Shown here: positions 17,629 to 25,118 of the stretch, piece after piece
How positions within the stretch are numbered: position 1 is the first letter of the stretch
Layout: each line of letters starts with the position of its first letter
NCBI GenBank assembly: GCA_036481135.1
Contig: JAZGHN010000071.1
Location: forward strand, 1 to 33,718
Source: Dehalococcoidales bacterium
Lineage (GTDB): Bacteria > Chloroflexota > Dehalococcoidia > Dehalococcoidales > E44-bin46
Reading direction: 5' to 3'
Length of the DNA stretch: 33,718 bases
The notes under the pieces: generated by a model
What the model was told of the DNA's origin: nothing
Database searches by the model: none
What the model saw: the letters and a program-made list of their open reading frames with translations, nothing else
Made by a program: the position numbers and the translations under genes

Positions 17629-17636
17629 TCACCACC

Positions 17637-18827
17637 TCACAAAGACCGAAAAGAATCGGCAACCCTGATCTTAGTGGCGCGGAATGCCGGATATAAAGTA
17701 GCGATGATAGCGATGGACATAGCCAGAACTAATGATAGGGGGAGGTACTGGGGAACATAATTAATGGTTGTACCTTCAAAAATCAGTGGACCAATGGCAT
17801 ATGCCAACAAGGTCCCCGCCCCATATCCTAGGATGCCGCCTGCTATCCCGATGATGATTGCCTCATAAATAAGCGTCTTAATTATTTGTTTACGGGATGC
17901 GCCCACCGCCCTCATTATTCCGAAATCTTTGATCCTTTCATGAATCGAGGTCATCATCGTATTGACTACGCCAAAGCCACCAACAATCAGCGTGACCCCG
18001 GCTAGAGCTAACATGAACTTGTTAGTCTTTTCCATCATACCCATTTCCGTCGCTGCTACCTGTTTTACAGCCACTGCCCGGACTCCCGGAATATTCTGGT
18101 TTATGGCGTCAGCGATAATTTCCACCGGGCAAGCGTTGCACAGGGCGCGGATATCTATTGAAGAAATTATTCCCTCTTTCGCAAACGCCTGCTGTAATGT
18201 TTCTATCGGAATAAAAACTTGATAATCGTCGTTTGAGCCTGTCTCCTCAAGAATCCCGGTGATAGTTATATCGCTCCCGTTAAGCGTAACCCTGTCCTCC
18301 ACATTCAACTTCAGCAGCTGAGCAGCCACCGCTCCAACTAGGGCTTGGTCTGTGTGTTCGAGGTATTCTCCTTCTTGGATTCTCCACCATGTCTTGATTT
18401 TACGCTCCTCAGGGGGGTCGACTCCAACCACCGTCACAGATGTCCCGTTCAGCTCGGTGTTCATGTATAGCTTTGGAGCAAGCGTGGCAATATCACCCTC
18501 AGTTTGAATGCGCAGCGCCTCTTTTATCTTACCGTCGGCTATCTGCCTGATCTCAGGCAATTTGTCTTCGGGAATGTAGTTTTCTCCCACTGTCACGGCT
18601 CCTAGACTGAGGTTGCCCAACTCCATGTCGATGTTGCTTATTGCGGGTATAACTGTCAAGTTAGCTCCGTATTTCTCCAACTGGCCATAGATTCTCTCCT
18701 GTCCGGCCAAGGCAATGGTCAATATGCCAACGACTGTCATCGTGCCAATGACCACGCCGAGGGTAGCATATAACACTCGCCTCTTCCGCCGTATGATATC
18801 CTTGGCCACCACCTGATATAGTTTCAT
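17637..18827 (-). CDS. ABC transporter permease (MacB/FtsX family) with an extracytoplasmic CxxC
   Basis: N-terminal TM, large external domain with RALCNACP, NTMMTSIHERIKDFGIMRAVGA and YPAFRA. Confidence 0.92.
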   Translation of the reverse strand: MKLYQVVAKDIIRRKRRVLYATLGVVIGTMTVVGILTIALAGQERIYGQLEKYGANLTVIPAISNIDMELGNLSLGAVTVGENYIPEDKLPEIRQIADGKIKEALRIQTEGDIATLAPKLYMNTELNGTSVTVVGVDPPEERKIKTWWRIQEGEYLEHTDQALVGAVAAQLLKLNVEDRVTLNGSDITITGILEETGSNDDYQVFIPIETLQQAFAKEGIISSIDIRALCNACPVEIIADAINQNIPGVRAVAVKQVAATEMGMMEKTNKFMLALAGVTLIVGGFGVVNTMMTSIHERIKDFGIMRAVGASRKQIIKTLIYEAIIIGIAGGILGYGAGTLLAYAIGPLIFEGTTINYVPQYLPLSLVLAMSIAIIATLYPAFRATKIRVADSFRSL

Positions 18828-18839
18828 TTCCTAGCTCCG

Positions 18840-19982
18840 TTACCCTGTTTCAATTGCCTGCTCCAAATCCCAAATCAGATCGTCGATATTTTCTAAACCT
18901 ACAGATAATCGGATTAGTTCCTCGGTTATTCCCGCCTTTTCCATGGCATCCTTGGGCATGGAGGCGTGGCTCATGGTCGCTGGATGCTCAGCAAGGGAGG
19001 CAGCACCACCTAGCGACTCCGCTAGGGAAAAGACCTTGATTCTCTTTAGGAAACTATTAACTGCTTTTGCTCCCTCTTTTAGTTCAAATGACACTACCCC
19101 GCCAAACCCCTTCATCTGTCTTCTGGCGATGGCATGTCCCGGGTGAGACTTAAGCCCTGGGAAGAATACCCTCTTCACCTTGGGGTGCTTCTTAAGATAA
19201 TCTGCCACTTTTATGGCATTCCTCTCGTGTTGCCTCATCCGCACTGGCAGGGTCTCAATTCCCCGAAGTACCAGCCAGCAGTCGAAGGGAGAGGCACAGG
19301 TGCCCATGGCGTTGAGCAGAAATTGAACCCTCTCGGTCAGTTCATCAGTGGTGGTTACCACAGCACCGCCGACCACATCGCAGTGCCCGTTAAGATACTT
19401 GGTGGTGGAGTGGACAACTAGGTCAATTCCATACTCAATGGGTCTCAGGAAATAGGGGGTGGCGAAGGTATTGTCTATCACCGTCATTAATTTGTGTTTC
19501 TTAGCGATATCAACCACCATCTCGATGTCAATAATATTCAGCAGCGGGTTAGACGGGGTCTCCAGCCATATCATCCTGGTATTAGGCTGTATCGCTTTTT
19601 CAATCCTCTTTCTATCATTCAATCTCAAGAAGGTGAACTCCAGCCCGAAGTCCCGCATTACATTCTGGAAGAGCCGATAGGTGCCCCCATAGACATCATC
19701 CCCTGAGATTATGTGGTCGCCTGCCTTAAGCAGGTGGATAACGGTGGCTTCAGCAGCCATACCGGTGGCGAAGGCAAACCCTGCCTTTCCACCCTCAAGG
19801 CGGGCAATGGTATCCTCCAGAACCTTTCTTGTCGGGTTGGCTGTGCGTGAGTAGTCATAGCCTCTCGTTTTGCCCACATCCTCAAAGGCAAAGGTTGACG
19901 TCTGGTAGATAGGCACTGAGATGGCACCGAAGGTCACATCCGGTCTTTCGCCAGCATGAATGGCCAATGTTTCAAATCTCAT
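18840..19982 (-). CDS. Cystathionine gamma-synthase/gamma-lyase family PLP enzyme (MetB/MccB-like)
   Basis: PIYQTSTF, YSRTANPTR, YGGTYR, ETPSNP, DNTFATP, HSTTKYLNGHCD, AESLGG and RLSVGLE. Confidence 0.95.
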   Translation of the reverse strand: MRFETLAIHAGERPDVTFGAISVPIYQTSTFAFEDVGKTRGYDYSRTANPTRKVLEDTIARLEGGKAGFAFATGMAAEATVIHLLKAGDHIISGDDVYGGTYRLFQNVMRDFGLEFTFLRLNDRKRIEKAIQPNTRMIWLETPSNPLLNIIDIEMVVDIAKKHKLMTVIDNTFATPYFLRPIEYGIDLVVHSTTKYLNGHCDVVGGAVVTTTDELTERVQFLLNAMGTCASPFDCWLVLRGIETLPVRMRQHERNAIKVADYLKKHPKVKRVFFPGLKSHPGHAIARRQMKGFGGVVSFELKEGAKAVNSFLKRIKVFSLAESLGGAASLAEHPATMSHASMPKDAMEKAGITEELIRLSVGLENIDDLIWDLEQAIETG

Positions 19983-20048
19983 ATTCCCTCTCCTTCACTA
20001 AACTCCTTTTCAATTAAAGTGTTAAACAAGCCAGCCTTTCCTTCCTAA

Positions 20049-21062
20049 TCATATACTCGTTGCATTGGGGTAAAGTCCCTGGAAAAGCCAGGTACTTAGA
20101 TAGCGTTCACCAGTATCGGGCAGAACTACCACTATGAGCTTACCCTCATTTTCCCGTCTTCTGGCTACCTTTAGTGCTGCCCAGGCTGCTGCCCCCGAGG
20201 ATATACCAGCCAGTATCCCCTCCTCCTTGGCAAGCCTTCTTGCTGTATTTCCGGCGTCTTCGTTGGTGACCTTAATAATCTCGTCGACTAAATCTGTCCT
20301 CAACACATCAGGGACGAAGCCAGCCCCAATACCCTGAATTTTGTGGGACCCTGGCTTCCCTCCGGAAAGAACCGGGGAATCAGTGGGCTCAACAGCGATG
20401 GCTCTAAATTCAGGCTTCCTCTTCTTTATCACCTCAGTCACCCCGGTAATTGTTCCTCCCGTTCCTACCCCAGAGACCAGAATATCTACCTTGCCCTCGG
20501 TATCTCTCCAGATCTCCTCGGCTGTGGTCAGCCGGTGCACCTCTGGATTTGACGGGTTCTTAAACTGCTGGGGCATAAAGTAATTGGAGTTTTCCGCCAC
20601 CAATTGCTCGGCTTTCCTTACTGCTCCCGGCATCCCCTCTGCCCCCGGCGTTAGCACCAGCTCGGCACCGAAAATTGCTAGGAGCTGTCTCCGCTCCATT
20701 GACATGGTGTCAGGCATGGTGAGGAGCAGCTTGTATCCCCTGGTGGCGCAGACAAAGGCTAGAGCGATGCCAGTGTTGCCGCTGGTAGGCTCAACAATAA
20801 CCGTATCCTTATCAATCAGCCCCCTCTCCTCAGCCTCAACAATCATCGACATCCCAATGCGATCCTTGACACTTCCCAGAGGATTAAAGGACTCAAGCTT
20901 AGCTATAACCTCTGCTTTTGCCCCCTCGGTTATTCGGTTCAGTTTGACCAGAGGTGTATTTCCGATTAGCTCAGTAGAGTCCTTGGCTATGCCTCTGGTT
21001 AGCTTAGGTATCTCTATCGTCTTATACTGAAGTCTCTCTACTTTCTGAGTTATCTTTGCCAC
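20049..21062 (-). CDS. cysK: Cysteine synthase A (O-acetylserine sulfhydrylase)
   Basis: [48 protein letters not shown] and [10 protein letters not shown]; GTG start with AGGAGG SD. Confidence 0.96.
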   Translation of the reverse strand: MAKITQKVERLQYKTIEIPKLTRGIAKDSTELIGNTPLVKLNRITEGAKAEVIAKLESFNPLGSVKDRIGMSMIVEAEERGLIDKDTVIVEPTSGNTGIALAFVCATRGYKLLLTMPDTMSMERRQLLAIFGAELVLTPGAEGMPGAVRKAEQLVAENSNYFMPQQFKNPSNPEVHRLTTAEEIWRDTEGKVDILVSGVGTGGTITGVTEVIKKRKPEFRAIAVEPTDSPVLSGGKPGSHKIQGIGAGFVPDVLRTDLVDEIIKVTNEDAGNTARRLAKEEGILAGISSGAAAWAALKVARRRENEGKLIVVVLPDTGERYLSTWLFQGLYPNATSI

Positions 21063-21184
21063 TTTAATTTCCTCCTTATATTAATCTTATAACCGGTTAC
21101 AAACCGGCCCTCTGTTTTCTCGATTATCTGCTCTCCGTCGGTATATTTGTCCAAGACGGCGTAAACCTTTATCGTTACACTCAT
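21050..21184 (-). pseudogene. 44-aa ORF with a MoaD/ThiS-like N-terminus, lacking the rest of the beta-grasp fold and the C-terminal GG
   Basis: [52 protein letters not shown]; the first ~22 residues resemble MoaD-family N-termini. Confidence 0.5.
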
Positions 21185-21222
21185 TTTTTCTCCTTATTGA
21201 TTGGTAAATGCCCGCAGTAAAT

Positions 21223-21666
21223 TCATATGTGGTACATGGTCGCTCCAGACTGCCTCTTCATCTTTTGCCGCTCAACCAGATCCTGCAGGGTTGTCGATTG
21301 CAGGACTCCGTTGATTGCTCTCTTTATTTCCCCCCAAACATCCCGGGTGACACACGAGGCAGAGCGGGGACATATCTCTGGATTAGTGACGCACTCCGCC
21401 GGGGCAATTGAGCCCTCAAGCAGTTGGATGACTTCGACCAGCTTTATCTCCTCAGGTGGTTTAGCTAACGAGATTCCACCCTTGGCGCCCCGAGTGCTTC
21501 GTACTATGCCCTTGGCTATCAGGGGAGTGATCAAATGCTCCAGGTAGGGCAGTGAAATCTCCTGCCTTTGGGCGATGTCTTTTAATAGAACAGGCTCCTC
21601 ATCGTGGTGAAGGGCCAAATCCAATAGTGCCCTGGTGGCATATCGTCCTCTAGTAGAGAGCCTCAT
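21223..21666 (-). CDS. Rrf2-family transcriptional regulator (IscR/CymR-like, three C-terminal Cys)
   Basis: MRLSTRGRYATRALLDLA, IAQRQEISLPYLEHL, STRGAKGG and ECV....CPRSASCVTRDVW. Confidence 0.95.
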   Translation of the reverse strand: MRLSTRGRYATRALLDLALHHDEEPVLLKDIAQRQEISLPYLEHLITPLIAKGIVRSTRGAKGGISLAKPPEEIKLVEVIQLLEGSIAPAECVTNPEICPRSASCVTRDVWGEIKRAINGVLQSTTLQDLVERQKMKRQSGATMYHI

Positions 21667-21678
21667 TGGCGCCTCCTT

Positions 21679-21699
21679 TGTTGACTATTATGACCAACA
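21679..21699. promoter_or_regulatory. Putative Rrf2/IscR type-1-like operator
   Basis: Imperfect palindrome TGTTGACTATTATGACCAACA between the promoter and the SD of the Rrf2 gene. Confidence 0.6.
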
Positions 21700-21705
21700 T
21701 AGTAT

Positions 21706-21734
21706 ACATTATCATGCTAAAGATAGGCTGTCAA
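21706..21734 (-). promoter_or_regulatory. Sigma70-type promoter of the Rrf2-cysK operon
   Basis: Minus strand TTGACA (21734-21729), 17 nt, TAATGT (21711-21706); GATAAT and TATACT are alternative -10 elements nearby. Confidence 0.6.
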
Positions 21735-21771
21735 TAGTACTTCGGTACTTCTTTAATCGTGACTGCTCAGT

Positions 21772-21874
21772 ATGCCATACAAAAAACAAGGAAGACAGAA
21801 CGGCTGCCGTGAGACGCCATAGGGATAGGAAAAGGGATGAGCAGCGGGCAACAGCAAGGGGCTGCAAAGATTGA
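21772..21874 (+). pseudogene. Possible frameshifted remnant of a small basic phage/MGE-type ORF
   Basis: Removing one A from the A6 run gives MPYKNKEDRTAAVRRHRDRKRDEQRATARGCKD*. Confidence 0.3.
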
Positions 21875-22057
21875 GGCGAGTTAGTCTGCCTCTTGTATAA
21901 CAAAAGGGAGGGACACAATTCGCTATATTGTGCAATGGGTCGGTTCCACTTCAGGGAGAGGTCAGCGGCAACAGAACTCTCTTTGTTCTATATGCCTACA
22001 ACTCTTTGCTGAGGCTGAGTTAACAATAGATAGACGTAAATTAATAATCCAATATGG

Positions 22058-22375
22058 CTATCTTAACTTAATTCCCTGATTAGCTTCGACAGCTTCACTG
22101 GGGACTGCAGCCAGAATAATTGCCATTGTCAGGTATGAACTTGAAGCATTACCTCTATTGGCGCTTATGAGAAGACAACCATCCTTATACAAAACAAGAT
22201 AACTTTCATAAATACCCCACTTGCCATTGAACCGTACTGGAGTTTTTCTTTCAGCAGTGAACACACACTTTTCATCCACTTCTGTTATTGTGTTAGGACG
22301 ATTATAGGTAAGGCTGTAAATGGTTTTACCTTCAAGGTTTTTTATTCTTTGCCATAATTCATGTTTAGCCAGCAT
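22058..22375 (-). CDS. Hypothetical 105-aa protein (MLAKHELWQRIKNLEGKTIYSLT...), probably originally a separate gene
   Basis: Own GGAG SD before ATG 22375 and an upstream TATAAT; unrelated to the ferredoxin fold; looks more AT-rich by eye. Confidence 0.5.
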   Translation of the reverse strand: MLAKHELWQRIKNLEGKTIYSLTYNRPNTITEVDEKCVFTAERKTPVRFNGKWGIYESYLVLYKDGCLLISANRGNASSSYLTMAIILAAVPSEAVEANQGIKLR

Positions 22376-22915
22376 ATTGTTTTCACTCCAAACATCTGCT
22401 GAGCATCGCTCATTATAATACTCTCTGCACACCTTCTCTGCACACCTTTGCCTTTTCTGCTCTGAGAGTAAGTTTGGGTCTCCGAAAATGAGTGCCCCGG
22501 TAGGACAAACTTGTACGCAGGCAGGTAACAGCCCCTGGTCAATTCGCTCCACGCATAAGTCACACTTTTGCACTATGTTTTCCTCAGAAACAAACTGAGG
22601 GGCACCAAGGGGGCAGGCCTCAATGCACAGTTGACAACCGGTGCATTTCTCCTCATTGATGAGAACAATGCCATCGGAGCGCTTATAAATAGCACCCTCA
22701 GGGCAGGCTTCAATGCAAGCTGGCTTACCGCAATGCCTGCAGGCCATAGGCACAAAATCCATGACCAGCTTGCCCCCAATCCGGGTGGGTCCTACTTGTT
22801 TAACCTTGATAAAGTGTGGTCCCACACCAAGCTGGTGCTCCTGCTTGCAAGCCACCTCACAGGAAAAACAACCGTAACAGAGCTCCATATCAACTAAAAG
22901 TGATTTCTTTCCCAT
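22058..22915 (-). CDS. DmsB/NrfC-like 4x[4Fe-4S] electron-transfer subunit, read through in frame into an unrelated C-terminal region
   Basis: CYGCFSCEVAC, CRHCGKPACIEACP, CTGCQLCIEACP and KCDLC...PACVQVCPTGALIFGD; start ATG 22915, 1 nt after the upstream stop. Confidence 0.88.
   Translation of the reverse strand: MGKKSLLVDMELCYGCFSCEVACKQEHQLGVGPHFIKVKQVGPTRIGGKLVMDFVPMACRHCGKPACIEACPEGAIYKRSDGIVLINEEKCTGCQLCIEACPLGAPQFVSEENIVQKCDLCVERIDQGLLPACVQVCPTGALIFGDPNLLSEQKRQRCAEKVCREYYNERCSADVWSENNMLAKHELWQRIKNLEGKTIYSLTYNRPNTITEVDEKCVFTAERKTPVRFNGKWGIYESYLVLYKDGCLLISANRGNASSSYLTMAIILAAVPSEAVEANQGIKLR
22423..22448. repeat. Perfect 13-bp tandem duplication CTCTGCACACCTT x2
   Basis: Copies at 22423-22435 and 22436-22448, read directly from the sequence. 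Confidence 0.95.
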
Positions 22916-22916
22916 C

Positions 22917-25088
22917 TCAATCCTCTTCCACCCTATAAACTTTACATAGAAGACCCCTAAGTGAAACGGCACCACTCACCGGCTCGTAAGGTGGGTCATT
23001 GGTCGCAATGATATTTATATTGGACTCGGACCAGCCATGCAGAGGGTCCTCTTTGTTCTCTGGGTACCACCAGTGCGATGGTGCCGCAACTACCCGAGGG
23101 TCGACTGCCTCAGTTACCTCTGCTTTCATCTTCACCCGGCCTCTATCCTTTGGTGCCTCAATCCAGACCCAATCGCCGTCCCTGATATCAAGACCGGCAG
23201 CTGTCTGGGGATGGATTTGCACCCTGGGATACGGCTCCAGTTCCCTGCACCAGGGCACCTGTCTGCCGCTAGAGTGGAAATAGGCCACATGCCTGTGCCC
23301 AGTAGTTAGGACAAGGGGATAATCCCTGGCTATCTCTGGAGTAGAAAACGGCGTCTCTTGGTTATCCTTATAGTAGGGCAATGGGTCCTCGCCAGCCACC
23401 TCCTTGGTTAGACTGGCAACGAGCTCCACCTTGCCCGAGGAAGTCTTGAATCCACCCTCTTCCTCATATTTCTTGTATCGGGTAGGCTGAACCATAAAAT
23501 GGTGCTTCTTAAGCTCCTCATAGGTGATGCCAATTCCACTGAGGGTATAGTCATGGAATTGAGCAACCGTCTTCCACTGCTTGGGTAGCTCCAATCCCAT
23601 GCGCTTGATTATCTCTAAGTCCATTTCCCGGTCCTCCATAGTGTCATAGACCGGCTCAATAACCCTCTCCCTGGCGGCAACCATATTATTATACATCGCA
23701 AACTCTATCCCATCCTTCTCCAGATAGGTGTGGGGTGGCATGATTATATCACACATCTCCATAGTGGGGTTCATAAAGAAACAAGAACCTACCGAGAACT
23801 CTAGCTTCTTTAATGCTTCCATTGTTTCCTTGGCACCCTCAAGACAGAGTAGCAGGTCATTCACCGCCCAGTTGGCTTTTACTGGATAGGGCTTGCCGGT
23901 AATGATGGCGTGAATCACACTGGGAGGATGACAAAGACCTCCGACTATGGACTTTGAGCTGGCGAAAAGGGGAAATTCCTTGGCACCAATGCGTTTGTCA
24001 GCTACTTCCGGAGGAAAAGGCAAGGCTTCATGCTCAATGTGTACCTTAGTTTTAAAGCCTTGGTAGACGCTACCCATAATGAGCCCCCCCTTTACATCCA
24101 GATTGCCACAGATAGCCGCCATAATGGCCATGGCACGGATTGTCTGGTGGACGTTGAAATTCATCTGAACCCCCATGCGGGTATGCATCGCAGCTCCTGG
24201 ACTGTTGGTAGCATACATACGGGCAGCACTGATGATGTCCTCTTCGGAGACCCAAGTTACCTCCGATACCCAGCTAGGAGGATATTCCTGAACACGCTGC
24301 CTTAGTTCAGAAAAGCCAACACACCACTTATCCACAAATTCCTTATCATAGAGTCCCTCATTGATAATGACATTCAGCATGCCCAGTGCAAGGGCATCGT
24401 CAGCACTCGGTCTGACCTGAAGGAAAATGTCTGCCTTGGAGGCGATTTCACAGAAGCGGGGGTCAACCACAATTAGCTTGGCCCCCTTCTTTTTGCCGAT
24501 CATAATGTCCCGTGCTCGTGTTGGGTGTGACATTACTGGATTGCCCCCCCAGAGCATAATACACCGGCTATTTCGGTAGTCAGGTCCTACTTCCGAGGTC
24601 AATGATTCACCGAAGGTAACACGATTAGCCATAATCATAGGGGTATAGCAGTAATGAGCATCGGAGTGAAACCAGGTTGGGCTCCCCATGGCATGGAGCC
24701 AAGTCAATTTGAAAATATTTTTAAAGTCATGGAAGCCGTGGTCCCCATAGGAGCAGGTAATAGATTCCGGGCCCCATTTGTCCATAATCTCCTTGAACCT
24801 AGAGGCAACAGTGTTCAGCGCCTCATCCCAAGAGATACGCTGCCACTTGCCCCCTCCCCTCTCTCCAGTCCGTTTCATCGGGTATTTAATGCGGTCAGGG
24901 TGATAGAGAACCTGGGTAACTGCCAGCCCCTTGGGACACATGGTCCCCTCGTTCTGAGGGAAATCAGGGTCACCCTCAACCTTGACCACCCTGCCATCCT
25001 TAACATAAGCTAAAACCCCGCAGCAACCATGACAGCGATCACAAATAGTTGAAACAACCTCCGTGCCATCACTGAGTTTTCGTCTCAT
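22917..25088 (-). CDS. Cytoplasmic Mo/W-bisPGD oxidoreductase catalytic subunit (DMSO reductase family, acetylene-hydratase-like clade)
   Basis: CDRCHGCC...MCPKG N-terminal Fe-S motif, HPDRIKYP, ISWDEAL, WGGNP, VVDPR and C-terminal FHS...IHP..A..I.DGDWV; no Tat signal; 723 aa. Confidence 0.9.
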   Translation of the reverse strand: MRRKLSDGTEVVSTICDRCHGCCGVLAYVKDGRVVKVEGDPDFPQNEGTMCPKGLAVTQVLYHPDRIKYPMKRTGERGGGKWQRISWDEALNTVASRFKEIMDKWGPESITCSYGDHGFHDFKNIFKLTWLHAMGSPTWFHSDAHYCYTPMIMANRVTFGESLTSEVGPDYRNSRCIMLWGGNPVMSHPTRARDIMIGKKKGAKLIVVDPRFCEIASKADIFLQVRPSADDALALGMLNVIINEGLYDKEFVDKWCVGFSELRQRVQEYPPSWVSEVTWVSEEDIISAARMYATNSPGAAMHTRMGVQMNFNVHQTIRAMAIMAAICGNLDVKGGLIMGSVYQGFKTKVHIEHEALPFPPEVADKRIGAKEFPLFASSKSIVGGLCHPPSVIHAIITGKPYPVKANWAVNDLLLCLEGAKETMEALKKLEFSVGSCFFMNPTMEMCDIIMPPHTYLEKDGIEFAMYNNMVAARERVIEPVYDTMEDREMDLEIIKRMGLELPKQWKTVAQFHDYTLSGIGITYEELKKHHFMVQPTRYKKYEEEGGFKTSSGKVELVASLTKEVAGEDPLPYYKDNQETPFSTPEIARDYPLVLTTGHRHVAYFHSSGRQVPWCRELEPYPRVQIHPQTAAGLDIRDGDWVWIEAPKDRGRVKMKAEVTEAVDPRVVAAPSHWWYPENKEDPLHGWSESNINIIATNDPPYEPVSGAVSLRGLLCKVYRVEED

Positions 25089-25118
25089 TCTCCAACCTCC
25101 TTTCTCCCTTTAATTATT

